From Pseudomonadota bacterium (lineage in GTDB: Bacteria > Pseudomonadota > Alphaproteobacteria > Caulobacterales > Caulobacteraceae), in the NCBI GenBank assembly GCA_018241625.1, contig JAFEDM010000515.1:1-51778 (forward strand): DNA of 51,778 nt. Reading direction: 5' to 3'. Shown here one piece after another: positions 38,466-48,589 of the stretch (its first letter is position 1; each line of letters starts with the position of its first letter). The notes under the pieces are model-generated. The model worked only from the letters and a program-made list of their open reading frames with translations. It was not told where the DNA came from and made no database searches. The translations under genes were made by a program, and so were the position numbers.

Positions 38466-39353
38466 CTACAGGCGGTAGACGCGCTTGGCCGTGCCGCGGA
38501 ACAGCTTGTCGCGCTCGGCTTCCGGCAGGTCGGAGGTGATGGCGTCGAACGCCTTCCACACGGCTGCATAGGTCGAGAAGAGTTTGTCGACCGGGAAGTT
38601 CGACGCGAACATCGCCCGGTCCGGGCCGAAGGCTTCGAGGGTCTCGAGCACCAGCGGCCGGATGCCTTCTGTGGTCCATTGCAGGTCGAACATGCCCAGG
38701 CCGCTGATCTTGACCGAGACGTTAGGCTCGGCCGCGAGCATCCTCAGGCCCCGTTTGAACTGCCGCCAGCCTGCGCCCGTGCGGTCGACCCACATGCCGG
38801 CGTGATTGAGGACGATCTGCGTCCCGCCCGCCGCGGCGGCCTGCCGCGCGGCGGCATCCATCTGGTGCGGATAGATCTGCAGGTCGAAGACGCCGCCGCG
38901 CCGCCCAAGCTCGTTCAGGCCCTTCGAGAACTGCGGATCGACCATGAAGTCGGTGGCGACGTAGTTGAAAGCGGCCGTCGGATGCTGGTTGAGGACCTGC
39001 CGAACGCCGCGGAAACTGGACGACGCCTCGCATCGGTCGAGGAATTGGGCGAACCTCGGATCGGTCAGGTCTCCGCCGGCGATCACCCCGATGGGGATGG
39101 GCGCCTTCGAAGCGACCGCCTGCAGCACCTCCAGTTCGCGCAGGACGTCGGTGGGCAGCGCCTCTACATGCACCGCGCCCTCGATAGCGACGCTGCCCTC
39201 ACCCTCCGCGAGGAACTCTGCCAGCAGGTAGCTGCGGGCGATCGCGGTGTTGTCGCCGATGAACGATACCGACGGCGTTTCAAAGTGCGGATAGAGCCCC
39301 GTCGAGAGGTCCCACAGGTGGATGTGGGGGTCGATGATCCTGAGCGGCGGCAT
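38466..39353 (-). CDS. Amidohydrolase_2 family sugar lactonase (second paralog)
   Basis: IDPHIHLWD, VHVEA, GVRQ, NHAG, VKISGLG and FASNFPVD; start MPPLR. Confidence 0.87.
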   Translation of the reverse strand: MPPLRIIDPHIHLWDLSTGLYPHFETPSVSFIGDNTAIARSYLLAEFLAEGEGSVAIEGAVHVEALPTDVLRELEVLQAVASKAPIPIGVIAGGDLTDPRFAQFLDRCEASSSFRGVRQVLNQHPTAAFNYVATDFMVDPQFSKGLNELGRRGGVFDLQIYPHQMDAAARQAAAAGGTQIVLNHAGMWVDRTGAGWRQFKRGLRMLAAEPNVSVKISGLGMFDLQWTTEGIRPLVLETLEAFGPDRAMFASNFPVDKLFSTYAAVWKAFDAITSDLPEAERDKLFRGTAKRVYRL

Positions 39354-39382
39354 GTGCGTCTCCCTGTCCGTTGCCCGCCGCG

Positions 39383-40411
39383 TCAGGGCGTGGGCGCATC
39401 GCTGCGAAGCAGGCCCTGGGCCTTCAGCTCCGCCCACAGCTGGGGCGGCGTGTCGTGGCGGAAGAGCTCGATGTTCCGTTTCACCTGTGAGGGATGGATC
39501 GCGCCCGGGATGATCGAGGCGACCGAGGGGTGGTGCAGGGTGAACTGCAGCGCCGCCGCGGCCAACGGCGTCTCGAACTTGCGGCAGACCGCCTCGATGC
39601 GGTTGATCCGCTCGGCTTCGTCCGGCGTCGGATCGCGATAGTGCAGTTTCGCGCCGGGCGCGGCGCCGGTCGCCAGTATGCCGGACGCGAACACCGCCCC
39701 GATGATCACGCCCACGCCGCGCTTCTCGCAGAGCGGGAACTCGACATCGAGCACGGGCTGCTCGGCCAGGGTGTAGGGCAGCGCCACCAGGAAGAAGTCG
39801 AGATCGAGGACGTCCAGGAATTTCGGGATGGTGCCCATCTGGTTGACGCCCGCGCCGATCGCCTTGATCCGCCCCGACGCCTTCAGGTCCTGCAGCGCCA
39901 TGATGCCGCTCGTGGCGAGCTGATCGAGGTGCGCGTCGACCAGCCGCTCCGATCCGAGGACCAGCGAGTCCAGGTCATGGATGATCAACAGGTCGATGCG
40001 GTTGAGGCGAAGCCGCTGAAGGCTGTCCTCGAACGAGCGCATCACCCCTTCGTAGGTGTAGTCGTGGCGATGCTCGAAGGCCAAGCCATGCCGCCATGCG
40101 CGCTCGCTGGCGTCGAAGGCGGCGATGTCCTTCGGCGCGCTGAACAGGCGCCCGACCTTGGTCGAGAGGATGAATTCATCCCGCGGCTTTCGATACAGGG
40201 CGCGGCCGAACCGATGCTCGCTCAGGCCTCGGCCGTACCAGGGTGAAGTGTCGTAGTAGCGGACGCCCTCGTCCCAGGCTGCGGCCAGGGTTTCGTCAGC
40301 CGTCCTGTCCTCAATGTCGTCGAACAGGTTGCCCAGGCCCGCGCCGCCGAAGCCGAACAGCGGCAGCGAGACGGAGGTCCGGCCCAGCCGACGTGTCTTG
40401 AACGGGTCCAT
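39383..40411 (-). CDS. Aldo/keto reductase, D-threo-aldose 1-dehydrogenase-like (second paralog)
   Basis: GFGGAGLGN, YYDTSPWYG, STKVGR, DYT..GVMRS.EDSLQRL and IHDLD. Confidence 0.88.
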   Translation of the reverse strand: MDPFKTRRLGRTSVSLPLFGFGGAGLGNLFDDIEDRTADETLAAAWDEGVRYYDTSPWYGRGLSEHRFGRALYRKPRDEFILSTKVGRLFSAPKDIAAFDASERAWRHGLAFEHRHDYTYEGVMRSFEDSLQRLRLNRIDLLIIHDLDSLVLGSERLVDAHLDQLATSGIMALQDLKASGRIKAIGAGVNQMGTIPKFLDVLDLDFFLVALPYTLAEQPVLDVEFPLCEKRGVGVIIGAVFASGILATGAAPGAKLHYRDPTPDEAERINRIEAVCRKFETPLAAAALQFTLHHPSVASIIPGAIHPSQVKRNIELFRHDTPPQLWAELKAQGLLRSDAPTP

Positions 40412-40415
40412 CCGC

Positions 40416-41312
40416 TTATCGCCCCCTCGCCAGGATGCCCTCGATGATGTCCTCGATCTCCCAGCGCGTGGCGTTGTCGAGAACCATGGTCGGGCTGCGC
40501 ACGTAGGCCGACTTGAAGACGCCCATGCGCACGAACAGCCGCTTGTGGAGGTGGTAGAAGACGTCCGCTTCCTGCAGCGCGAGCCGGTTGACCGCCATGA
40601 TGCGCGTGTCGAAGACCTGCCGAGCGCGGACGTGGTCGCCGCTCTGGAACAGGGTCCAGACCTCCAGGAACTCGGAGGGCTGCGTCGAGAACGGCATGGT
40701 CCCCCGCGCGCCGCGCCGCATCTCCTCGATGAAGTAGCCGCCGCCGGCGCCGCCGAAGACCGTCAGGCGGTCGCCCACCGCCGCGGTCATGGCCGCGACC
40801 TTCGCCGTCACCGGGACGGACTCCACCTTGATGTACTTCACGTTCGGACAGGCGTCGGCGATCCGCAGCGCCACCGCTGGGCTGATCGGCGCCTGGACGA
40901 CATCCTGCAGGACGATCGGAATGTCGACGGCGCCGGCGACCCGGCGGTAGTAGTCGATCACCTCCTCGACCCCGGCGGGCAGGAACGTCGGGGGATAGAC
41001 CATCAGCACATCGGCCCCCTGGTCCTGGGCGAGCCGGGCGTAGTGGGCGGCGAGATCCGAGGCCGCGGCGCTAACGTTGACGATCAGCGGGGTGCGCTTG
41101 TCGATGGCCGCGGCGGTGGCGCCGATCACCTGGGCGCGCTCGGCCTCGTTGAACTTGAACATCTCCGACGCGATCGCGAGCCCGAGACCGTGCACCCCGG
41201 CCTCCAGGTTGAATTCGACTTGGCGCGCCATACTTTCGGCGTCGAAGCGGCCATCTTCGAAGAACGGCGAGAGCAATATTGGAACAATGCCCTCGATCCG
41301 ATCCGCAGTCAT
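40416..41312 (-). CDS. DHDPS/NAL family protein (2-keto-3-deoxy acid dehydratase/aldolase-like)
   Basis: [21 protein letters not shown], Schiff-base Lys in YIKVES and FGGAGG. Confidence 0.87.
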   Translation of the reverse strand: MTADRIEGIVPILLSPFFEDGRFDAESMARQVEFNLEAGVHGLGLAIASEMFKFNEAERAQVIGATAAAIDKRTPLIVNVSAAASDLAAHYARLAQDQGADVLMVYPPTFLPAGVEEVIDYYRRVAGAVDIPIVLQDVVQAPISPAVALRIADACPNVKYIKVESVPVTAKVAAMTAAVGDRLTVFGGAGGGYFIEEMRRGARGTMPFSTQPSEFLEVWTLFQSGDHVRARQVFDTRIMAVNRLALQEADVFYHLHKRLFVRMGVFKSAYVRSPTMVLDNATRWEIEDIIEGILARGR

Positions 41313-41369
41313 GGAGCCCCCGGCGCCGACGACGCCAGGCCCGACTGTTCGTCAAAGCCAAGACGTGTG

Positions 41370-41411
41370 TGGAAACGTTTCCAGTTTTCGCGTAACAGTT
41401 CGCCCTGTCAA
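41370..41411 (-). promoter_or_regulatory. Promoter with LacI operator for the DHDPS-AKR-lactonase operon
   Basis: TGGAAACGTTTCCA at 41370-41383; minus-strand TTGACA at 41406-41411. Confidence 0.85.
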
Positions 41412-41484
41412 GGCTGCGACGGCCGCATCGTGGTCGCCGGCAAGGGGGTCGATTGACGATCGGCCCCTTCGTCTCCAGGTGACG

Positions 41485-41531
41485 TTGACGCGGATATTCC
41501 CACAGTCTAACCATTTGTCTCAAATTGTAAG
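41485..41531 (+). promoter_or_regulatory. Promoter with putative IclR operator pair for the rhamnonate operon
   Basis: TTGACG at 41485-41490; TCCCACAGTCTAAC (41498) and TCTCAAATTGTAAG (41518), 20-bp period. Confidence 0.55.
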
Positions 41532-41598
41532 ATTTTCTTCAGCCGCCGCCCGGCGTCGCCGGGCCTGCGACGGCAGGCATCATGGAGTTCGGGCGGGA

Positions 41599-42783
41599 AT
41601 GGGCCTCAGCAAGATCAGGCATGTCCGGGCCTACATCGTGCGCGGCGGCGGGGCCGACTACGCCGATCAGCCCGGGTATCACTGGATCGACGATCACATC
41701 GCCAGCCCGATGGCCAAGTATCCCGGTTATCGGCAGAGCCGGCAGAAGTTCGGCCTGGGCGTCCTCGGCACCTTGGTGGTTGAGATCGAGGCGGAAAATG
41801 GCGCCATCGGCTTTGCCGTCACCACCGGTGGGGAACCGGCCGCCTGGATCGTCGAAAAGCACCTGAGCCGGTTCCTCGAAGGCGCCGATCCCGGGCACGT
41901 CGAGAAGATCTGGGACCAGATGTTCCTTTCGACCCTGCATTACGGCCGCAAGGGCCTGGTCATCAATGTGATCAGCGTCATCGATCTGGCGCTCTGGGAT
42001 CTGATCGGCAAGCTGCGCGACGAACCCGTGCATGAGCTGCTGGGCGGTGCGGTGCGCGACGAAATCCAGTTCTATGCGACCGGTGTTCGGCCCGACATCG
42101 CCAAGGACCTCGGCTTCATCGGCGGCAAACTGCCCCTGAAGCACGGACCGGCCGAGGGTGACGCCGGGCTTGCTCAGAACCTTGCGGCGCTCGCCGACAT
42201 GCGCGCGCGGGTCGGGGACGACTTCTGGCTGATGCTCGACTGCTGGATGAGTCTCGACCTGGACTACGCGCGTCGCCTGTCGATAGGCGCCGCAGACCTG
42301 GGCCTGAAGTGGATCGAGGAGGCGTTTCCGCCGGACGATTACTGGAGTTACCGCGATCTGCGCGCTCAGGCGCCGCGGGGCATGATGGTCACCACGGGCG
42401 AGCACGAGGCCACCCGCTGGGGCTTCCGGATGCTCCTGGAGATGGAGTGCTGCGACATCATCCAGCCGGATGTCGGCTGGTGCGGCGGCCTCACAGAGCT
42501 GATCAAGATCTCAGCCCTGGCCGACGCCCGCTCGGTGCTGTGCATCCCGCATGGATCGTCGGTCTACAGCTACCACTTCGTCATCACCCGCCAGAACAGC
42601 CCGTTCGCCGAGTTCCTGATGATGGCGCCGGAGGCCGACCAGATGCAGCCGATGTTCGCCCCGCAGTTGCTGGGCGAACCAGTGCCGCAGAACGGGCGGA
42701 TGCGTGTCTCGGCGCTCGACAAGCCCGGCTTCGGCGTCGAGCTCAACGCCGACATCAAGCTCACCCGCCCATATGACCATTGA
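41599..42783 (+). CDS. rhmD: L-rhamnonate dehydratase
   Basis: [57 protein letters not shown] and [10 protein letters not shown]; start MGLSK. Confidence 0.93.
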   Translation: MGLSKIRHVRAYIVRGGGADYADQPGYHWIDDHIASPMAKYPGYRQSRQKFGLGVLGTLVVEIEAENGAIGFAVTTGGEPAAWIVEKHLSRFLEGADPGHVEKIWDQMFLSTLHYGRKGLVINVISVIDLALWDLIGKLRDEPVHELLGGAVRDEIQFYATGVRPDIAKDLGFIGGKLPLKHGPAEGDAGLAQNLAALADMRARVGDDFWLMLDCWMSLDLDYARRLSIGAADLGLKWIEEAFPPDDYWSYRDLRAQAPRGMMVTTGEHEATRWGFRMLLEMECCDIIQPDVGWCGGLTELIKISALADARSVLCIPHGSSVYSYHFVITRQNSPFAEFLMMAPEADQMQPMFAPQLLGEPVPQNGRMRVSALDKPGFGVELNADIKLTRPYDH

Positions 42784-42798
42784 AGAGCTGGCGTCCTC

Positions 42799-43671
42799 AT
42801 GAAGTTGTGTCGTTTCGGACCGCGCGGGGCGGAAAAGCCCGGCCTCTTCGACAAGGCCGGACGGTTGCGCGACCTGTCCGGCGTCATTCCTGACCTTGGA
42901 CCCGAAGAGCTTGCGCCGGCCAGCCTGCGGCGGCTGCGCGGCCTGGACGCGCAGAGCCTTCCTGAGGTCGGCGGCGAGGTCCGGCTAGGCGTGCCCGTGG
43001 CGCGCATCCCGCAGATCGTCGCCATCGGCCTCAACTACGAAGATCACGCCATCGAGGCGAACCTGCCGATCCCGGCCGAACCCGCGACCTTCCTGAAGTC
43101 CATCTCCAGCCTGAACGGTCCCTACGACGAGGTCATGCTGCCGAAGGGATCCGAGCATTCGGATTGGGAACTCGAACTCGGCGTCGTGATCGGCAAGACC
43201 GCGCGCCATGTGCGGGAGGCCGAAGCCTCGGCCTACGTGGCCGGCTATTGCGTGGTCAACGACCTCTCGGAGCGCTTCAACCAGAAGCAGCGCGGCAGCC
43301 AATGGTCGAAGGGTAAGAGCGCCGACACCTTCTGCCCTGTCGGTCCCTGGCTGGTGACGGCCGACGAGCTTACCACCCCGAACGACCTCGACATGTACCT
43401 CTACCTGAACGGCGTGCGCCGCCAGACGGGCAACACGCGCACGATGATCTTCAACGTGCCGGAGCTCCTGTCTTATGTGAGCCGCTTCATCACCCTGCAT
43501 TCCGGCGACCTGGTGATCACCGGCACCCCGCCGGGCGTCGGCGAAGGCGTCAAGCCCGACCCGGTCTTCCTGAAGGCCGGCGACGAACTGCGGTTCGGCA
43601 TCGAGCAACTGGGGGAGCAGACCCACAAGATCGTCGATTGGCGGCCTATTGCGCCCGAGGAATGCCCATGA
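42799..43671 (+). CDS. Fumarylacetoacetate hydrolase family, 2,4-diketo-3-deoxy-hexonate hydrolase-like (LRA6-type)
   Basis: IGLNYEDH, DWELELG, NDLSER, QWSKGKS.DTF and TGTPPGVG; lies between rhmD and an SDR. Confidence 0.88.
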   Translation: MKLCRFGPRGAEKPGLFDKAGRLRDLSGVIPDLGPEELAPASLRRLRGLDAQSLPEVGGEVRLGVPVARIPQIVAIGLNYEDHAIEANLPIPAEPATFLKSISSLNGPYDEVMLPKGSEHSDWELELGVVIGKTARHVREAEASAYVAGYCVVNDLSERFNQKQRGSQWSKGKSADTFCPVGPWLVTADELTTPNDLDMYLYLNGVRRQTGNTRTMIFNVPELLSYVSRFITLHSGDLVITGTPPGVGEGVKPDPVFLKAGDELRFGIEQLGEQTHKIVDWRPIAPEECP

Positions 43672-44417
43672 GCCCCTACAAGGGCCGCTTCGCCGGCCGA
43701 ACAGCGGTGCTGACCGGCGGCGCGTCGGGGCTCGCGCGCGAGACCGCGCGGCGGATCGTCGAGGAAGGCGGCCGCGTCTGCCTGTGGGACCTCGATCTGG
43801 ATGCGCTGGAGGCGGCCCGGCGGGATGTCGGCGCGAGCCACGTGGTCGCCGTCGACGTCTCCGATTTCGAAGCGGTGCGCGCCGCGGCCGCGGAGTCCCA
43901 CAAGGCGCTCGGCGCCATCGACATCCTGGTGGCCTCGGCCGGTATCACCGGCGCGACCGGCCCGGTCCATCAGTTCCCGGTCGAGAGCTGGCGGCGGACC
44001 ATCGACGTCAACCTCAACGGGCTGTTCTACTGCTGCCGTGAGGTCGTCCCCTACATGCTGACCAAGGGGTACGGGCGCATCGTCAACGTCTCCTCCGTCG
44101 CCGGCAAGGAAGGCAACCCGAACGCCTCGGCCTACTCCGCCTCGAAGGCCGCGGTGCTGGGCTTCACGAAGTCCCTGGGCAAAGAGCTGGCCGCCGCCGG
44201 TATACTCGCCAACGCCATCACACCCGCGACATTCGAGAGCCCGATCCTGGAGCAGCTTCCGGCGAGCCAGATCGAATATATGCGCTCACGAATCCCCATG
44301 GGCAGGCTGGGCGAGGTGCAGGAAAGCGCGGCGATGATCTGCTTCATGGCCAGTGAGGACTGCAGCTTCACGACGGCTGCGACCTTCGACACTTCTGGCG
44401 GGCGGACGACCTACTAG
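43668..44417 (+). CDS. SDR, 2-keto-3-deoxy-L-rhamnonate 4-dehydrogenase-like (LRA5-type)
   Basis: TGGASGLA, SAGITG, SVAGKEGNPNASAYSASK and FDTSGGRTTY; ATGA-coupled to the FAH gene. Confidence 0.85.
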   Translation: MSPYKGRFAGRTAVLTGGASGLARETARRIVEEGGRVCLWDLDLDALEAARRDVGASHVVAVDVSDFEAVRAAAAESHKALGAIDILVASAGITGATGPVHQFPVESWRRTIDVNLNGLFYCCREVVPYMLTKGYGRIVNVSSVAGKEGNPNASAYSASKAAVLGFTKSLGKELAAAGILANAITPATFESPILEQLPASQIEYMRSRIPMGRLGEVQESAAMICFMASEDCSFTTAATFDTSGGRTTY

Positions 44418-44457
44418 GGTTCGGCAACCGACCCGCGCGGCCACAGGGTAACCGTCC

Positions 44458-45432
44458 ATGAAACCGCAGATCGATCCGATGTCGCTGGTGGCCCCGGAAT
44501 TCCGTGAAGCCGCAATCCAGATCGCGGCTCAGGAAGCCACCAGTCCGCCGGCTGTCCGCTCGAGCATCGAGCAGATCCGCAAGTCGCCGTTCTTCGCCAA
44601 CAGCGAACCGCTACCGGATGTCCCGCATTTCGAGCACCTGGCGCCGGTTGGAGATGGCCACCCGGACGTCGCGCTCTACGTCATCAACGCCAGGTCCGGC
44701 GACAGGCGGCCGGCCATCCTGCACACCCACGGCGGCGGCCATATCGCCGGAACGGCGAAGAGCCAGGTCCCTCGGCTGCAGGTGATCGCCCAAGAGCTCG
44801 ATTGCGTCATCGTCACCGTTGAATACCGGCTGGCGCCCGAGGCCACCTATGAAGCCTCGATCGAGGACAATTACGCCGGCCTGCGGTGGCTGAACGTCCA
44901 TGCGGACGAGCTCGGGGTCGATCCCAAGCGGATCGCGGTCTTCGGCGAGAGCGCCGGTGGCGGCCACGCGGCGATCCTGGCCAATCTGGCCACCGACCGC
45001 GGGGAATTTCCCGTCGCCTTCCAGTGCCTGATCTACCCGATGCTGGACGACCGGACGGGCTCGACCCGGAGCGTGCCGGACCACATCGGGCGCCTGGCCT
45101 GGGACGCCGACTGGAACGTCCTGGGCTGGGCCTGCTTCCTGGGCCGCCCACCTGGGGTGGAGGGCGTGCCCGCCATCGCGGTCCCGAGCCGACGGAAGGA
45201 TCTGCGGAACCTGCCGCCCGCCTTCATCGGCGTGGGCGCCATCGACCTCTTCGTCGAAGAGGACATCGACTATGCCGCGCGGCTCATCCAGGCCGGGGTC
45301 CCCACCGAGCTGCTCGTGACGCCCGGCGGCTTCCATGGGTTCGACATCTTCGCGCCGGAGAGCGCCACGGCCCAAAGCTTCGAACGCGCCAAGCTCAACG
45401 CGCTCCGGCGCGGCCTTGGGATCGACGCCTAA
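44458..45432 (+). CDS. Cytoplasmic HSL-family esterase (alpha/beta hydrolase)
   Basis: HGGGH, EYRLAPE, GESAGG, YPMLDDR and FHGF; no signal peptide. Confidence 0.9.
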   Translation: MKPQIDPMSLVAPEFREAAIQIAAQEATSPPAVRSSIEQIRKSPFFANSEPLPDVPHFEHLAPVGDGHPDVALYVINARSGDRRPAILHTHGGGHIAGTAKSQVPRLQVIAQELDCVIVTVEYRLAPEATYEASIEDNYAGLRWLNVHADELGVDPKRIAVFGESAGGGHAAILANLATDRGEFPVAFQCLIYPMLDDRTGSTRSVPDHIGRLAWDADWNVLGWACFLGRPPGVEGVPAIAVPSRRKDLRNLPPAFIGVGAIDLFVEEDIDYAARLIQAGVPTELLVTPGGFHGFDIFAPESATAQSFERAKLNALRRGLGIDA

Positions 45433-47318
45433 TGCAGTGACTCCTGCCCGCCCCTGGCGCCTTTTTGCGTCGCGATCCATTCCTCGACCCGACGGTCGAG
45501 CATGTCGAGCGGCAGGGCTCCGCCGCCCAGCACCACGTCGTGGAACTTGCGGATGTCGAAGCTGTCGCCGAGTTCGGCCTTGGCCTTCTCGCGCAGCCTC
45601 AGGATCTCGCGCATGCCGATCTTGTAGGACGAGGCGACGCCCGGCTGGACGATATAGCGCCGGACCTCCGAACGAATCTGGGCGTCAGTCAGCGGCGCGT
45701 TGTCGTGCATGTACTGGACCGCCTGCGCCTCGGTCCAACCCTTGGCGTGGATACCGGTGTCCAGCACGCACCGGATGGCTCGCCACTCTTCCAGGGTCAG
45801 GCGCCCGAAGTCCGAATAGGGGTCCCGATAGGCCCCCATCTCCTTGGCGAGCTGTTCGGAATAGAGACCCCAGCCTTCCAGGAAGGCGGCGAACACCAGC
45901 CGTGAGCGGAACTTCGGAACGTCGGTGAGCTCCTGGGCGATCGAGATCTGCATGTGATGCCCTGGGATGCCCTCGTGATAGGCCGCGACCTCCAGCTGGG
46001 GGATCGGCATCGCCTTCATGTCGATCAGGTGCATGTAGAAGACGCCGGGGCGTGACCCATCCGCCGTGCCGTTGGCGTAGAACTGCACCGCACCGGCCTG
46101 TTCGCGGTAGGGCTCGACCCGCTTCACCACCAGGTCCGCCTTCGGCAGGATGCCGAAGTAGAGGGGCAACTTCCTCTTCATCGCCTCAAGGTCGGCCGTG
46201 ACGGCGGCGATGTAGGCCTGGCGTCCCTCGTCGGTGCTCGGGTAGTAGAATTTCGGGTTCTCGCGGACGTAGGTGAAGAACTCCTGCAGCGTCCCCTGGA
46301 ACCCCACCTGCTTCTGGATCACCGCCATCTCGGCGTGGATGCGCGCCACCTCGCTCAGCCCAAACTGGTGGACCTGTTCCGGCGTCAGGTCCGTCGTCGT
46401 CATGTTCCGCAGCCGCATGGCGAAGTAGGCCGCGCCATTGGGGTTCTTGCCAACGCCGGTGGCGATCTTGTCGGCGTGCGCCTTGTCGGCCTCGAGCCAG
46501 TCGATAAGGCGCTGGTAGGCCGGACCCCACTGCGTGAGCAGCGCGGTCTTGGCCCTCTCCCGCAGCGCGTCGGCCCTCGCCGGATCGATCTTGCCGGTTT
46601 TCACCAGGCCATCGATCTTCGCCTTCGCGTCGGCCCAGATCGGGCTGTCGCCGTCGCCACCGAACGGCGCGCCGGTGATCAGGGCGCGAGCCTGCAGGAT
46701 TGCGCCGTCATAAGCGAACTGCGGTGGGCGGGCGCCGGCTTCGGCGTTCAGCTTGGCCCGGTCCTTCAATTGTCCAAGGGCGCGCGAAAGCCCGCCGATC
46801 CGTGCGACGTAGGCGTCCATGTCCGAGGCTTCGGTGACCCGATGGGACGCTATGAGGAACTGCGCCAAGGACGCCTGGGGCCCCTGCATCTGGGTGAAGA
46901 TGTAGTCGCTGCGGCGGAACTTCACCGCTTCAGCGGTCCGCCGATACTGATCGATCCAGAGGTCGTAGGAGAGCTGCCCGTCCGGCGTCAGCTTTGCGCG
47001 GGTGAAGTGGGCCCTCAGGTCCTCTACCGTCTTGCGGCGCCACGCGAGCGCGCGGTCCTGCGCCGCCTCGGACATGTCGTCGATCTTGTCGTAGTCGCGC
47101 TTATCGCCGGCCCCGGTCCGCGCCATCGGACTGGTCGCGAGCGCCTCCTCCTCGCGGGCGTTGAACCAGGCGTTCAACCGCGCCGTTTCGGCCTCGGCCG
47201 CCTGACCGGCCGAGGAGACGCCGTGCGCGACGACGGCCGGCGCAGCCGGGGCCGCCGCCTGTCCGCCGCCCGCATCGGCCAGGGCCGCGCCCGCCAGGAG
47301 TAGAGCCGCTAGAAGCAT
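45429..47318 (-). CDS. DUF885 family exported protein (putative metallopeptidase)
   Basis: Signal peptide; HEGIPGHHMQ, EGWGLYSE, DTGIHAKGW, EVRRY, YKIG and FHDVVL..GALPL. Confidence 0.9.
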   Translation of the reverse strand: MLLAALLLAGAALADAGGGQAAAPAAPAVVAHGVSSAGQAAEAETARLNAWFNAREEEALATSPMARTGAGDKRDYDKIDDMSEAAQDRALAWRRKTVEDLRAHFTRAKLTPDGQLSYDLWIDQYRRTAEAVKFRRSDYIFTQMQGPQASLAQFLIASHRVTEASDMDAYVARIGGLSRALGQLKDRAKLNAEAGARPPQFAYDGAILQARALITGAPFGGDGDSPIWADAKAKIDGLVKTGKIDPARADALRERAKTALLTQWGPAYQRLIDWLEADKAHADKIATGVGKNPNGAAYFAMRLRNMTTTDLTPEQVHQFGLSEVARIHAEMAVIQKQVGFQGTLQEFFTYVRENPKFYYPSTDEGRQAYIAAVTADLEAMKRKLPLYFGILPKADLVVKRVEPYREQAGAVQFYANGTADGSRPGVFYMHLIDMKAMPIPQLEVAAYHEGIPGHHMQISIAQELTDVPKFRSRLVFAAFLEGWGLYSEQLAKEMGAYRDPYSDFGRLTLEEWRAIRCVLDTGIHAKGWTEAQAVQYMHDNAPLTDAQIRSEVRRYIVQPGVASSYKIGMREILRLREKAKAELGDSFDIRKFHDVVLGGGALPLDMLDRRVEEWIATQKGARGGQESLH

Positions 47319-47333
47319 CTGCCGATCCCCAGC

Positions 47334-48506
47334 TCAGCCATAGACGACCTTGCCGCTCTCGTGCCGGGCGAGCCAATCCCAGTTGATGGTGACGCCGAGG
47401 CCGGGGCCGTCCGGGACGGGCACGCAGCCGTGTTCGTCGATCGCCTCGAGGTCGTCGGAATAGGTCTCGCCATAGACCGGGACCTGGGCGTGGCGGCCCG
47501 GGACCTTGGGGTGGACGAGGCCCAGCTCGTAGTAGTTGGTGTTGCGGATCGCCGCCATGCACTGGCGCGTCGCCGCGCCGGGGCCGTGCAGCTCCACGTC
47601 GAGGCCGAAGCCTTCCGCCGCATGGGCGAGCTTCATGACGCCGGTGATGCCACCTTCGGAATGGATGCCGGCGCGGACGAAGTCCGTGCCTTCGGCGAGT
47701 ATGCCGTCGACCTTCACCTCTATGCCGCGGATGTGCTCGCCCAGCAGGATCGGCGTCTTGATGATCTGGCGCAGCTTCTTGTGGGCGAAGGCCGAGTGCC
47801 CGCCGTCCATATAGGGGTCCTCGTACCAGAAGTAGTTGGCCTCATCGCACGCGCGGCCCACCCGCAGGGCGTCGGCCCATGTGCGGTATTCGCAAGCCGG
47901 GTCGATCATCAGGTTCATTTCGTCGCCGACCGCCTTGCGCGTCGCCAGCACCGTGGCGGCCTCGCGCTCGATCGGGCCATTGCCCCAGCCGTGGATCTTG
48001 AAGGCCGGATAGCCCAGCTCGCGGCATTGCACCGCAAAGTCGGCGAAGGCCTCCGGTGAATCGAGGCCGCCATTCTCGTCCCCGTGCAGCGTCGAGGCGT
48101 AGGCCGGCAGGGTCTTGCGCCAGCCACCCAGGAGCTCATGGACCGGGACGCCGTAGGCCTTGCCCGCAATGTCCCAGAGCGCGCAGTCGATGGGCGCCAG
48201 GCCATAGCCGTCGATCTGGCGCAGCGCGCGCTTGATGTCGTTCCAGATGCGCTCGCGCTCCAGCGCGTTCCGGCCGATCAGATAGTGCGCCACCATCGCC
48301 ACCTGGGCGGCCCAGACGCCGCCCATGGCGCCGATGTACTCGCCGGTGATCCCGGCCTCCGTCTCGATGGTCAGCGCGTACCAGACCTCGTTGCAGATCG
48401 CGCCCTTCAGATAGACCTGATTGAAGCCGTTGTAGTCGGACCCCATCTCGCGAAACGTCCAATTGTACTGACGAACCGTCAGCCGCTTGATGCGAAGATC
48501 CTTCAT
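47334..48506 (-). CDS. Mandelate racemase/muconate lactonizing enzyme family protein (acid-sugar dehydratase-like)
   Basis: DCALWDIAGK, PAYAST, FKIHGW, MIDPAC, WYEDP, LGEH, ELHG and GPGLGV; start MKDLR. Confidence 0.88.
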   Translation of the reverse strand: MKDLRIKRLTVRQYNWTFREMGSDYNGFNQVYLKGAICNEVWYALTIETEAGITGEYIGAMGGVWAAQVAMVAHYLIGRNALERERIWNDIKRALRQIDGYGLAPIDCALWDIAGKAYGVPVHELLGGWRKTLPAYASTLHGDENGGLDSPEAFADFAVQCRELGYPAFKIHGWGNGPIEREAATVLATRKAVGDEMNLMIDPACEYRTWADALRVGRACDEANYFWYEDPYMDGGHSAFAHKKLRQIIKTPILLGEHIRGIEVKVDGILAEGTDFVRAGIHSEGGITGVMKLAHAAEGFGLDVELHGPGAATRQCMAAIRNTNYYELGLVHPKVPGRHAQVPVYGETYSDDLEAIDEHGCVPVPDGPGLGVTINWDWLARHESGKVVYG

Positions 48507-48589
48507 CCCGTCCTCGTTGGACGCTTCGGCGAGGACACACGCAGACCGGGTCCGTCGCGGCGCCATTCGCCCTGAAGCGTGAAAACTCC

